DNA of 64,000 nucleotides from Eledone cirrhosa (Eukaryota): assembly GCA_964016885.1 (NCBI GenBank), contig OZ024751.1, positions 25,296,001 through 25,360,000 of the forward strand, read 5' to 3'. The position numbers and the translations under genes were made by a program. The notes under the pieces were generated by a model. That model was not told the origin of the DNA, made no database searches, and saw only the letters and a list, made by a program, of their open reading frames with translations. Below are positions 43,295-56,586 of the stretch, one piece after another. Numbering within the stretch: position 1 is the stretch's first letter; every line of letters starts with the position of its first letter.

Positions 43295-44435
43295 CCACAA
43301 CCACCATGACCTTCACCACCACCACCACCACCACCATCACCACCATCACCACCACCACCGCCTACGTTAATTCCTACACTTTCATGAGTGAAATACCATC
43401 AACTATAATGTAAATATTAGGTTACGGCACACACAGCGTTCCCACCTCCACCACCATCACCTCCACCACCGTCACCACCACCACCTCCACCACCTCCACC
43501 ACCATCACCACCATTACCACCACCGCAACCTCCCCCACCATTGAATATGATGTAAACTAGGGTAAGGTTTCGTATCACTTACACAAACGCCGCCACCCGA
43601 TCTACCAAAATCCTCACACCTCCATCACAACGAACAAAACAACTCTTCCCCTCAACAACCAATATTACCTAAACACTGCAAACACCACCAACACCACCAC
43701 CACCAACAACACGACCATCACCATCACCACCACCATCACCAACAACACAATCATCACCATCACCATCACCAACAACACAACCATCACCATCACCGGAACC
43801 ATCACCACCAACACCATCATCACCATCACCACCACCATCACCATCACCACCACTATCACCACCAACACCACCACCAACAACAACACAACCATCAACATCA
43901 CCGGCACCATCACCACCAACACCATCATCACCAACAACAACAACACGACCATCACCATCACCACGACCATCACCAACAACACCACCACCACCAACAACAC
44001 GACCATCACCATCACCACCACTATCACCACCAACACCACCACCAACAACAACACGACCATCACCATCACCACCATCATCACCACCAACACCACCACCACC
44101 AACAACACGACTATCACCACCATCGACACCACCACCACCACCACTGTAATATATCTAAGGTTACTCTGCCACACAGACTCTGATGGAATTGTTGCTGAAA
44201 CATTTGATGGCAGGAATTTCACAACAACAACAATAAACACAACAATAACAACAACAACAACAACAATAAACACAACAATAACAACAACAACATAAGCAAT
44301 AACAAAAACAGAAACATAAGCAATACCAACAACATAAGCAATAACAACATAAGCAATTACAACATAAACAACAACAATATACACAGCAACAACAACCTAA
44401 GCAATAACAACAACAACATAAGCAATAACAACATA
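43295..44435. repeat. ACC/AAC/ATC low-complexity tract
   Basis: Direct inspection. Confidence 0.85.
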
Positions 44436-44571
44436 TTACACACGTTTGTGTCGTATTTAGAATGAAGTGAATAAACAACATCGATGACAGATGAACAGCG
44501 AGAAATATGTGGCTAATTTCCTCACCACTGCCACATGTTGGAAACGTTTAAAACATAGCATGTCTTACGCA

Positions 44572-44757
44572 CGGATTGGCAGTATCGGTAGAGAGTCGGA
44601 CACCATGCTTTGAAGCATAGAGTTACGTCCCTTTATGATCTGAGTTCAAATCCCGCCGAGGTTAACTTTGCCTTTCATCCTTACGGGGTCGATAAAATAA
44701 AGTACCAGTAATACACTGGGACAATTGCTGGCCTTGTGCCAAAACTAGAAACAATTA
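44572..44757 (+). mobile_element. tRNA-derived SINE family 1
   Basis: Full copy with B box GTTCAAATCC. Confidence 0.85.
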
Positions 44758-45045
44758 TAAGCACACATATCCTATATGCTTTTATACACACACACACACA
44801 CACTCACAAACACACAGACTCACATACACGCAGATATAATTATATATTTATATATATATATATATATATATATTTCAAGGGTACCAAAATTTTGGTTCGC
44901 TCTCATCAGATAAAATACAAAGTTTGTTTTATAAATAGTGACATGCCCAGGAATGAGACCTTAACGTTTCAAGTTAAGCTGTCGAGTGCTTCGAAACTGT
45001 TATAAATATATTTGTTAAATTACCAACAAATTAAATATCCTTTTG

Positions 45046-45121
<76 letters not shown>

Positions 45122-45166
45122 ATTAATTCAAAATATTAATAAAATAGATATTCTTGTGATCAAGTA

Positions 45167-45233
45167 TATTTTATTATACATATTTCAGAGGTACTGAGTT
45201 AACTTCAACAGTACGTCCTCATCAGATAAAATA
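45167..45233 (-). ncRNA. Type I hammerhead ribozyme motif (family D)
   Basis: Minus strand: TATTTTAT CTGATGA GGACGTACTG-loop-CAGTACCTCT GAAA TATGT ATA| ATAAAATA. Confidence 0.9.
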
Positions 45234-45349
45234 AGATGATGCATGACATACCCTGACATAGTAGATGGTTAAGATTCAGTCATGGTAGTGAGTAATATAT
45301 GACAAAACGCATTCTTTGATTTATTCATTGAACCTTGTTTAACTTTTAA

Positions 45350-45436
<87 letters not shown>

Positions 45437-45638
45437 AGAGAGGTAGAACACTGGAAGGTAATATCCGTAGTAGTAGAGAACTCAGTCCATGGGACGAGTT
45501 TGGTAGAAGTAGTAACACAACAGTTAGTTCACCATACCGAGAACAATTGTTCTCGGTATGGTGTACTAACGGTTGTGTTACTACTTCTATATAGCAGTAA
45601 ATAAAGGATTATGAGTTCATGCAATTGACTTATGTTTC

Positions 45639-45725
<87 letters not shown>

Positions 45726-46766
45726 CATATGTATGCATATGTATGTATACACACACACACATATATATATATATATTCGTGATTGATGGTGATAACGTGG
45801 ATGGTAGGAGAAGATGAATGATAAGATAATTATCAAATGTTTTCTCAGATTTTTATCATTATATCTATCTCAATCTCGATATATAAACCTCCAGGCATCT
45901 CTCAATGTAGAAAACAGGCAGTGAATACCAGACAGAAGCTAAAAGAATGAGAGTTTTGGCTTGTTTAGCATCTGTCGACCTGTTAAAAATAGGACCGTAC
46001 TCCCCTCTATTAACACGCTGCACAAAAAAAAAAAATGAATGATATTCGAATATTCAGTGTTCTCCAACATAGGATCCCTTCAGAGTGCGTCAATCTCGAC
46101 AACCTGGGAACCTCCATGACATCTAGCAATTTGCTAGAAAATGCTAGCTAATACTCCTCAAATACCACCCAGTGAAATTTCAGACATTAAGAAGTCTAAG
46201 GCATATTTAACAGTGTCGTTCTAGATAAGGAGGGAGAATAACCCTTTACGCCTGATACAAAAGTAGAGGCGAAGTCTTTTCGCACGGTTTATCTTGGGTG
46301 TTAGAAACATGGCGGAACACATAACCTTCAAGGTCCAGAGAGAAAGATAGGCTGAGAGAGAATGTGCCAAAAACAGAAAGAGAGAGAGAGAAGGGAGAGG
46401 AAGAACCAGCCCTAGTACATTGACCTCATTAAATTCGACACCCTAATGATCCTTTGAATCACTCCGAGTATGTAACGTTTCGGATATAATTCTGGTCACC
46501 AAGGGATGACCTGGATTAAACAACAATAGTAGGATCTACACCAGCAGATCTAACAGCAAAAACAACAAAAACTCTATCAACATAACACAATATTAAGCAA
46601 TACCCAGATTTGATATGCGTTATTTATACAAGTGTACCAGATGTTATCTTTCGAATAATTTTTAGAATTTTATATATGTTGATTCTTCTTCATAAAGTAA
46701 CAAGGACTTTTTGTTTCAGTAAAATTTGGGTTATATGTGTGTATATAAATTAGTGCAGATGTCTGC

Positions 46767-46817
<51 letters not shown>

Positions 46818-47384
46818 TTAATAAATGTGTGAGTGGGAGTATCTCACCGAGAAAACTTTAAAAAATAGATAAAAAACGGAGATTTCGGTCAAATTGTCTC
46901 GTGAGATTTTGGTATGCACCCAATTACACAGACAACTCTCAAGTCTACCTTGTCAGAAATTTAATGAACTGATAATTAGACCGTCGTAAACATGAAACAT
47001 ATATACGACGATATACTTCACAAATTACCTTATAAATAAACAAATAAATATACTAGATATCAGTTTTCAGCTAGTTATGCCTGTGACTGGGTGTAACCCA
47101 ATTGTGTCCATCACACGCACTGATTCACTAAATCAACATGATAAAATATCTCACATTTTTGTTCCTGTTTTCACTTGCAAGACTACCCTGTAGTCAACCT
47201 GACTATTACCACCATAACCAACACGATATATTTTCCACTGAATCCAAGGAAAGCACCTGTAGCAGTCCTTTGGTCGATAAAATATAGTACCATACAATTA
47301 CTGGGGTCAATATCCACTCGTTCAAATTTACCGGCATTGTGTCAATGTTGGCAGTAGTAATCGCAGTGATAGACACATTTTTCC

Positions 47385-47518
47385 AATGCAGGTGGGTTCT
47401 ATAGAAGTGGTTGATAGCTTCCAGTACCTAGGTGATCAGATTAGCATGCGAGGGGCGGGGGTTCCGAGGCCATAGTATCTAGAATAAGGACGGCTTGGAA
47501 GAAGTTTAGGGAACTGTA
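47385..47518 (+). mobile_element. RTE-clade LINE RT fragment
   Basis: IEVVDSFQYLGDQIS, then after a frameshift SEAIVSRIRTAWKKFREL. Confidence 0.75.
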
Positions 47519-47811
47519 TAAGACAGTGAATCATGCCTGAACCAACTTTAAGCCGAGGTCGGCTCCAGCATTCTGTTTCACGCTGTTGGCGATCGTCAGA
47601 GCATCGTACTCCTCGCCTTTGCCGAAAATTATAGAGGCTGGATTCTTATAGAATTCCAGTAATAATCAGAATCGGACTCCAGAAATAGCCGTCGAAACGG
47701 CTTGAGCTCTGCCATCGGGGTTAAAGCTTTTCCTATTACCCACCCTACTACCTTAAGTATTGAGTACTCTGGTGCGTTATGGTCGATCTGGTTCCTTACC
47801 ACACCTCCTTC

Positions 47812-47888
<77 letters not shown>

Positions 47889-48027
47889 ATGGGAGAACAA
47901 GTTATCGTTATAGGTAATCCAGTTAGAGGTTGTGAGTACTCTGCGTCGTGGATAGTTTTAACGTACGGCTTTGTTTGACTCAACAAGATGCTTCCATAGT
48001 TATACAGCGAGTTCGCCGTAATTTCTA

Positions 48028-48101
<74 letters not shown>

Positions 48102-48109
48102 TATATATT

Positions 48110-48156
<47 letters not shown>

Positions 48157-48537
48157 GCCGGTAGCACTAAGACAGCGTTTAAGCATTATAGAGGTGTATA
48201 CGAAAACATACATGAGCATATATAATACGTTTGTATACAATAAACATTTGGTTGGCTTTGCAGCGGAAGAAAAAGTCATTTGTCGTAAAAAAAAGAGTAC
48301 ATGTTTTTCTATTTTCCTCTGTGGATATATCACAGAGCTACCTGTACATTTTGAAAAATATGATACAGCGCTGTTTCAAGATTTGTCAATCTTTCATCAG
48401 TGACATTCACTCTAAACGTACAGGCATGGAATAGACTATAGTCTATCGGGAATTCTGCATAATAATCATTTGCATATCGCAATAGAAAGCATCTGCTGGA
48501 AATGATCGTTTTAGGTTGGATTATGATAATGACTAAA

Positions 48538-48851
48538 GATAATTGTTTCTACTTTTGGCACAAGGCCAGCAATTAACCAGTACATTACTGGTACTTTATT
48601 TTATCGACCCCGTAAAGATGAAAGGCAAAGTTAACCTCGGCAGGATTTGAACTCAGAATGACAAGGGCCGTAACTCTATGCGTCAAAGCATGGCGTCCGA
48701 CCATCTACCGACACTGCCAATCCACAAGATAATAATTGTTTCTACTTTTTGGCACAAGGCCAGCAATTACGCCAGTGCATTACGGGTACTTTATTTTATC
48801 GACCCCCGTAAGGATGAAAGGCAAAGTTAACCTCGGCGGGATTTGAACTCA
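48538..48851 (-). mobile_element. Two tandem SINE family 1 copies (one near full length, one 5'-truncated)
   Basis: Two successive reverse-complement matches to the consensus. Confidence 0.85.
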
Positions 48852-49853
48852 AGATAATAATGGTTTCCATGGTACAAAGCCAGCAATATTGGATTGGGGT
48901 AAAAATCGATTATATCCATCTCAATATTTGACTTAAACTTTGGAATCATGAAAGACAAACTTCATCTCAATAAGATTTGAAACCAGAAAGTAATGAGCGC
49001 TAACGACAAATGTACGACAATTTATCTGTTACATCCGCTGTATTACTACCGCAACACCACTACATTCAATGTAGAGCCAATCTTTCACTTTACGTGTAGC
49101 TGGTGAGACCGGGATTATTTGCCATTTTACAATTACTCTCACCCCATAACAAAAGGATGACGATAGTCGCCGATTTGAAACTGACGAATTATTATTCGAT
49201 TTAAAACTGACGAATACCATTTACGTATCCGCCATGTTAGAGCGAAAACTAATTTTGTTTTTATTTTTTAAAACCTAAAAATTCTAACTTTTTTCTTTTT
49301 CAGTTATTTTGACGTGTCTGGCTGTCTCGGGTCTATCACAGAAGAAGCAACACCAACATTATTTGCAATATAGACTTCAACAATTGTCAAATAAATTAAT
49401 GGTGATATCATTATTACCAACATCATCATCGCAGTCCTCGACCACCTCATTGGTCGTAGCAATAGTTCCAACAACTGCAATAATTGCAACAGGTGGAACA
49501 ACAGCAGCAGTTTCCAGAACGGGAGACAAATTAACAACAACAAATACAGCGACACCAAACATAGAACCACGATTTATAATAACAAAAACAATAGATTCAA
49601 GAACGGAACCAAGATATACAACAAAAATAACAACAACAAATGTAGCAAGAAGATAAAACAGCATTTAAAACAGCATTTATCAGCAGCACTATCCTCTACC
49701 AATAATAAAATCAACTAACACATCAATTGTAATAACCCTGCACACCAACACTAGCAACAAGAATACCAACAAGAGCAACAGCGACAAGACGAAAATCAAC
49801 AGTAACAGTAACACCAACATCAGCAACGACAACAACAACACTAACAAGAATTA

Positions 49854-49922
49854 ATGATGTGTTACCGTTTCGGAGGTGTACATTTCTGGTTACTTCTGTT
49901 TGCTACGACTACCTACAGTTCG
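49854..49922 (+). CDS. ITIH-like VIT-vWA gene, first coding exon (signal peptide)
   Basis: ATG at 49854 gives MMCYRFGGVHFWLLLFATTTYSS, a hydrophobic signal-peptide-like stretch. GTGAGT donor at 49923; phase 0 matches the next exon. Confidence 0.75.
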
Positions 49923-49954
49923 GTGAGTATCAATTCTTGAGTATTTCTCTTATC

Positions 49955-50290
49955 AGTGGTATAGTGGTTAGGTTGTTCGGCTCACGCTCCAAAAGTCTTG
50001 AGTTTCATTTCCTGAATGAGTGGCGTGTTATATCCTTGTGCATGGCACTTTATTTCCCGTTGCGTTGGAGTAACACCCATGACGTCGTTGGTTCGATTCC
50101 TGTGTTGAACAAAATACTTCATTTCACGTTTCTCCAGCATACTCAGTTGAAAAGGTCTACCAACCGTAGCTGGGGGTTAAACCCTGCGATGGACTGGTGT
50201 CTTGTCTAGCAGGAATAATTTTACTATCAGTCGCTTAACACTACTGAAATAGGATAAACACTGCTCTGATCAGCTCTCGGGACAGACTTT
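49955..50290 (+). mobile_element. tRNA-derived SINE family 2 with partly duplicated head, in intron
   Basis: GGTTCGATTCC B box, AACCCTGCGATGGACTGG body. Confidence 0.7.
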
Positions 50291-50768
50291 TGACTTTTTA
50301 GACCAGTCCAGTCCAGTTTAGCCAACAGGCAAAAATTTAGTTATACCTATAATCCAGTATTATCACTGTTACCTTGCAACATTTGTTCTAGTTGCTTACG
50401 TTCTGAGTTGAAATTCAACTGCAATCCACTGGAATGATGGACTTAATTCGTCGTTTATTTGACACGAACAGTAAACTAGTGGATAGTCTGTAGATTAGTC
50501 CATTCTACTAGGGTTTTCTCAACACGCTGACATGTTGGTGGTGGTGGTGATGGTATTGTTGGTGGTGGTGGTGGTATTGTTGGTGTTGGTGGTGTTGACT
50601 ACATGCAAAGATAATTAAAAAAAACGCACCTTTTATATTTATAAAAAAAGGGGGGACTTTATAAGATGTAGAAAAAGTCGGTGTCTAACGAGTTTGCTTT
50701 CTTTTACTATAAACATCTGAGTTGTACGCTTATTCTATATATTTCTCTCGTATTTTTCTTATCCACAG

Positions 50769-50929
50769 ATACTACCACAAATTACAACAATGAGAATACT
50801 ATCAGAAATAGATTATCGGTTTGCTACTACACAAATCATTTTCGATGTTAAGAATACACAATCTAACACACAAGATTTTGACTTGGCAGTCCAATTACCA
50901 ACCGGGTCGTTAGTGTCCAATGTTAGCTT
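50769..50929 (+). CDS. ITIH-like gene exon, start of VIT domain
   Basis: Pyrimidine tract + CAG acceptor, GTAAGT donor. ILPQITTMRILSEIDYRFATTQIIFDVKNTQSNTQDFDLAVQLPTGSLVSNVS resembles the VIT start of ITIH proteins (RFAxTxV...N...LPxxAFIxNFSM). Ends in phase 2. Confidence 0.9.
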
Positions 50930-51115
50930 GTAAGTGTTGCTTATATCTTTGCATGAATCAATTTCGATTACCCGCTTTTATGATTTAACACGATATTTAA
51001 TTAATTTAAATAATTGCAACACAGTTAAGATTTGAATGTCTTTTCTATTTTCATACGCATATTTATATTATTCGAGTGGCATGGTGGCTATATTTTTTTA
51101 TAAAGACTACAACTA

Positions 51116-51280
51116 CAGAATAATTCCGTTATAACGAAATTCACAGGGTTTAAAAAAATTCGTTGTAATGAACAATTTTTTTTAATGAGATTGACCTAAC
51201 ACATTGAGCGTGTGGCCGGCAGCTTGAAAAACATAATGGTATTCGTTATAATGGTATTCGTTATAACGGAATGTTACCTG
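51116..51280. mobile_element. Tc1/mariner (pogo/Tigger-like) MITE
   Basis: TA|CAG...ATTCCGTTATAACGAA at the left end and TTCGTTATAACGGAAT...CTG|TA at the right end: terminal inverted repeats with TA target duplication. Confidence 0.75.
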
Positions 51281-52120
51281 TATATATATATACATATGTA
51301 TATATATATATATATATATACTGTATATATATATATGTATATATATATATAGATAGATAGATAGATAGATAGATGTGCGTATATACATATACACTCACAT
51401 ACATATATATAAAGATATGCTAATATATGCATGTGAGTTTGATAAATGCGTGAGGTGTAATTTCAAACATCTAAGTGAAAGATTAAACATTGGAAACGCC
51501 TGCAACAATTGTTAAAATGTTAGAATTATTTCCCCTTTCCCCGTGACATATACCTATACAAGTTATGTAGTTTTATTGGAGTTTGGGTGGAGTAGAGCAA
51601 AATGGGGTTGTTGTTTCCGAGGTTTCCTTATAAAGACAATGTTGACATTATAATGTATTGGATTTCATTATTAGTGGATTACAAATCGCTCGTTTGAGTG
51701 TCACCAGATGTCAGAGAAGATGGACTGCTAACCCTAAAGCCTAGATATATCTTTTTTTTCCCACAAAACTGGGCTAATATCGTTTGTGTATTTTATGCTG
51801 GCTGCCGAAATAGGTTTTCTGTAGAGGGCCTCATTTATTTGTATGCACACACACACACACATATATATAGACAGTCTATCGACTTTCATTACATCAGACC
51901 GAGAAAATTCGCGGTGACAGTAATTCGCGGAATTTCTCTTAGAGCCTAACTAGTACTTGTTCGCGGATACCACCGAATATTTGCGGAATCATTAATATCT
52001 TCCACGATATTTTATGGCTTTTTTCGAGGATATATGTTTTTTCATGCTTTTAAAAGCTAAATTATTAATAACAATACACCGTATTTTCCGGCCTATATCT
52101 TATGTTGTTTTCATATTTAA

Positions 52121-52327
52121 CCCTTTAGTATTTACATTACTCTATATATACTATTATATTTTCATGGTAAATGCTTTACCTCACATAATATCGAATCTAT
52201 GAGATATTGAAAGTATTTATTTTGAGAACAATACCTTAACATAAGTTTGAGTGACCAGTTACAGCCAGTTTCAACAGAAAAATGTAGAGAATTTTGGCCG
52301 GTTTTGGCTGGTTTGAAAATTAAAGAG
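52121..52327. mobile_element. piggyBac-like MITE
   Basis: TTAA|CCCTTTA ... TAAAGAG|TTAA: short TIR with one mismatch and TTAA target duplication. Confidence 0.6.
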
Positions 52328-52426
52328 TTAATAGACATTTTTATGGACCACGTCTAATATTTGCAGTTTTTCACTTTTCGCTGTTGCTCTAGGATCGTAA
52401 CCCCAGAGAATACCGGGGGCCAAGTG

Positions 52427-52478
<52 letters not shown>

Positions 52479-53795
52479 TACATGTTGTATTGTTATACAC
52501 AGACACACACATACATACATATACATTCACGCATATGTATGGCTTTGACTGGAAACTATCATAAGTGTAAAAGCCATACCGGAAGTTCTATACGTATATA
52601 GAGAGGATGCATGAGTGGTTAAATGTTCTCTCCTTTGCCAATGTCATCCAGTATATAGTCATAGTATCTTGCTTTATATTATGTTGTCTGTGATCTTTCC
52701 TAGTCATATAATTGTACTTATATATACACTCATTCACATACGCACATACACACACACACACATACATACATACATACATACATACATACATACATACATA
52801 CATACATACATACATACACACATACACACACATACATACATACGTACACACACACAAATATATATATACACGCACATATATATATCTGTAAATATAAATA
52901 TATATATATACTAGGATGTTTTCAATATATATATATGTATATATATGTATATATATATAGGTAGGTATATATATTTATATATATATATATATATTATATA
53001 TATATAGACCTATATATGTACACACCTATATATGTATATACCTATATATGTATACCTATATATGTATATACCTATATATGTATATACATATATATATATA
53101 TATACCTATATATGTATATACCTATACATGTATATCCCTATATATGTATATACTTATATATGTATACCTATATATGTATACCTATATATGGATATACCTA
53201 TATATGTATATACCTAATATATCATAATAATATTATTATTATGCCCATTCACGAGCAATGCATTAAATATTGCATTTCTTCAGAAATATTTGTCACATCT
53301 TGCAGTAAAAATATTTCTACTGCTATCCACTCTGAATAAAAGGCAAGTGGACTGTGGAGAGCGGTAGAAAAGATATAATTTGGAGGGACAGAAAGAGCGG
53401 GAAATAAATAATAAAAAATAGTAAAACAATAAAAAAAAATGTTTTAATTAAAACATAAAAAAATTAGCTATGAAAAACGTAATAAGATAGAATAAAGTCT
53501 GAAAAACGAAAAAGGGGTGAAAATACAGGTAAGTGTTGGTGATTATAAGTGACGTAATATTCATTTATCAAATAAGAGTAGTTAATACGGGATTAATTCA
53601 AAATAATTGTTTATGGCATGATATATATTTCTGTTAAATGGTTATTCATGTGACTGTCAGATGCAGTTATGCAATCATTGGGATATGCTGCTGGCCATGA
53701 ATAACTATCCTGCAGTGAGGGCAGCACACTAACACTAACAATACATGGGCAGCAGCATATTCCAATGATGGCATAACTGAACCTATGATTGCGTA

Positions 53796-53848
53796 TACAT
53801 CTGACGAAGTCACATGCAAAACCATTCAACAGAAATATATATCATGCA
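53796..53848 (+). ncRNA. Degenerate hammerhead-like motif inside an old fold-back (about 53585-53885)
   Basis: TACAT CTGACGA [poorly paired stem II] GAAA TATAT ATC| ATGCA, overlapping AATAAA. Confidence 0.5.
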
Positions 53849-53905
53849 ATAAACTGTTATGGTGAATTAATCCCATCTTAATTACCATTATTTAATACAT
53901 ATAGT

Positions 53906-54214
53906 GAGGGCGGTGGATTGGCAGTATCGGTAGAGGGTCAGACACCATGCTTTCCAGCATAGTTACGTCCCTTTACAATCTGAGTTCAAATTCCGCCGAG
54001 GTTAACTTTGCCTTTCATCCTTACGGGGTCGATAAAATAAAGTACCAGTAATGCACTGGATAATTTGCTGGCCTTGTGCCTAAAGTAGAAACAATTATTT
54101 AATACATATAGTTCAAATCCCGCCGAGGTTAACTTTGCCTTTCATCCTTACGGAGTCGATAAAATAATGTACCAGTAATGTACTGGGTAATTGCTGGCCT
54201 TGTGCCAATAGTAG
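53906..54214 (+). mobile_element. SINE family 1 with 19-bp TSD, followed by a truncated copy
   Basis: ATTATTTAATACATATAGT at 53887-53905 and 54094-54112 flanks the full copy. A second copy starts at the B box near 54111. Confidence 0.9.
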
Positions 54215-54402
54215 CAATATATATAAGCATGCATAAATGCAAGCGTAAATAAGTGTGTGTTTGTGTGTGTGTGTACATGCAATCGTGTTAATGTGTCTGT
54301 ATGTGTACAAGCATGTAAAGATACAGGGAAAAATTTATATTAACAATTTTAATTGCGCTGTTTGTTTTAAAAGGATGTATTTCATTCATACATATTTATG
54401 TA

Positions 54403-54467
<65 letters not shown>

Positions 54468-54502
54468 GTGCGTGTGTGTGTGTGTGTATGCGTATGTTTA
54501 CG

Positions 54503-54538
<36 letters not shown>

Positions 54539-55323
54539 GATACATACACACATATATATATATATATAATTATTTGTCATTTTTTAAATACACATTGTTG
54601 TTAAAGTAGAGAGAGACAATAAGTTAACCTTGTCAACTACATTGTCCTTATTTAGTATAATAGACACTATGATGTGACCTCAGCTAAATGTCAATGAAAC
54701 GGTGCGAATTGAAAAGCGACAGCAACCCCGACTTTAACATACCAACACACAACGACATACACACGTACACATACATAAAGTATTTGAAATAATTTACACC
54801 ACTTTTTCTCATGTCAAGATTTAGTACCACACTATCCCTCATCAACATATATATAAATATATATTAGTAAAAGGAAAAGAAAATGGTGACAAATTTTTCC
54901 CAGTGAAAAATAGTTTAATTAGGAATAAGTATAAATTAGTAATAAGTATTGGTTAGTATTCAGTTTTATTTTTAAGTTTTTCCCGGTTGCGCATTTCTAT
55001 TGCTTTTCAAAAATAATTTTGAGATAGAGCGCTCGTGATGTTTGCTCTAATCTGATCAGTTTTGGAAATTCTTCCTGTTTTATGTGAAAAAAGTGGCTCC
55101 AGAGGTATTAAGATTTGGTTGGTTGTTGAATGTCACGTGAATGAGTAATATAAATTTCGCGCCAATTCGTGTTGCAAAAATTCTTGTAGTCAAAACAATT
55201 TTGATTGGTCGGTAGAGGTCACATGAATGTTAAAAATTGATTTTGCGCCAAATGTAGGTTTGTCGAAGAGTGTCCTTTTTCGCCTGATTGAGAAGTCAAT
55301 GAAAGATAAGTTTATTAAGACAA

Positions 55324-55379
<56 letters not shown>

Positions 55380-55475
55380 CAAAGAGGTTCATTGTTGTCA
55401 TAATGATCATTAGGGATGTGTGTGTGAATTGCAGTCATGTTGAAAGGTCAACAGTTCAGGTGTCTATTGAGACAA

Positions 55476-55521
<46 letters not shown>

Positions 55522-56081
55522 CAGAGTGGTTCGTGGTAGAGGAAATAAATTCGGTCAGTAGGAATGTGTGTGTACGTGTGTGGGGGATATTTTAACATGT
55601 TGAAAGATATTTTTCAGTTGGTGGTGCGAATACGGAGTTAATTATAAATAAAATAAAATAACAGGAGGCTGGACTGGTGTAAATCATTGAAAGGTTTATT
55701 ATACTATGATCATTTCAATGACCGGGTTCCATATGAGTCCGGTGATATCATCAGGTATTCGAAATATAACAAAGGAATATGTAAAAAACCATGGGTCCGA
55801 AAAATCAGAGACAGAGACAGAGAGGACGACTGACCAACTAGCTGCTTCCACCTCGCCTTTGGGGGCGACTGGCCGAGGTGAAAGCAGCTAGTTGGTCAGT
55901 CGCCCTCTCTGTCTCTGTCTCTGATTTTTCGGACCCATGGTTTTACTCATTGTTATACTTTGGTGCGTGTGTTTCTTATTGGGAACATGACCCTCCCAAA
56001 GTATAACAATATATAATATTCATTATTCTTCTAACCAGTTTTGAATTGATTTTTTCTAACGTTGCTGTATTTATTTTATAG

Positions 56082-56192
56082 ATTTGTGAATAACACTCTA
56101 TATGATAGCAAAATACAACAAATATCTGAAGAGTACAAAAAATGGCTAAGTAAGACACATTCAAAATTGAGACCAGTAAAAGATAAAAGTCT
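56082..56192 (+). CDS. ITIH-like gene exon, middle of VIT domain
   Basis: TTTTATAG acceptor, GTAAGT donor. FVNNTLYDSKIQQISEEYKKWLSKTHSKLRPVKDKS is open. Phase 2 to phase 2 bridges the flanking exons exactly. Confidence 0.8.
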
Positions 56193-56552
56193 GTAAGTGA
56201 CAATTTATTATTTTATTCATATATTTCTTTTTATTGTTTTGTTTTGCTTGGTATTTGATATGAAATCGTGTGTTGAAACAAATATTGTTACATCTATATT
56301 TTTAACTATTGGTCAATCAATGTTAATCATTGATTGACAGCTAAACCAATTATAGACCTATAAAATATACCAAACTGAGTGTGATTTACTATATATTGTT
56401 GTCAATATTATAACAACATGACCCTCCCAAAATATAACAATATCTATATATTTCCAATTCTACAAATAGATATATTCTAATACATATGTTATTTTATATT
56501 ATAATCTATTTTACTTTACGATTAATTACGTGTTAATTTATTTATATTCATG

Positions 56553-56586
<34 letters not shown>

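Noticed and set aside
43665-44384. 239-aa Val/Met-rich ORF and similar poly-V, poly-L and poly-Q ORFs (16916, 35558, 39544, 61589)
   Set aside because: Trinucleotide low-complexity tracts with no splice or domain support.
44572-44660. tRNA genes at A/B-box sequences
   Set aside because: The heads continue into a shared SINE body and ATT tail, and no full cloverleaf is evident.
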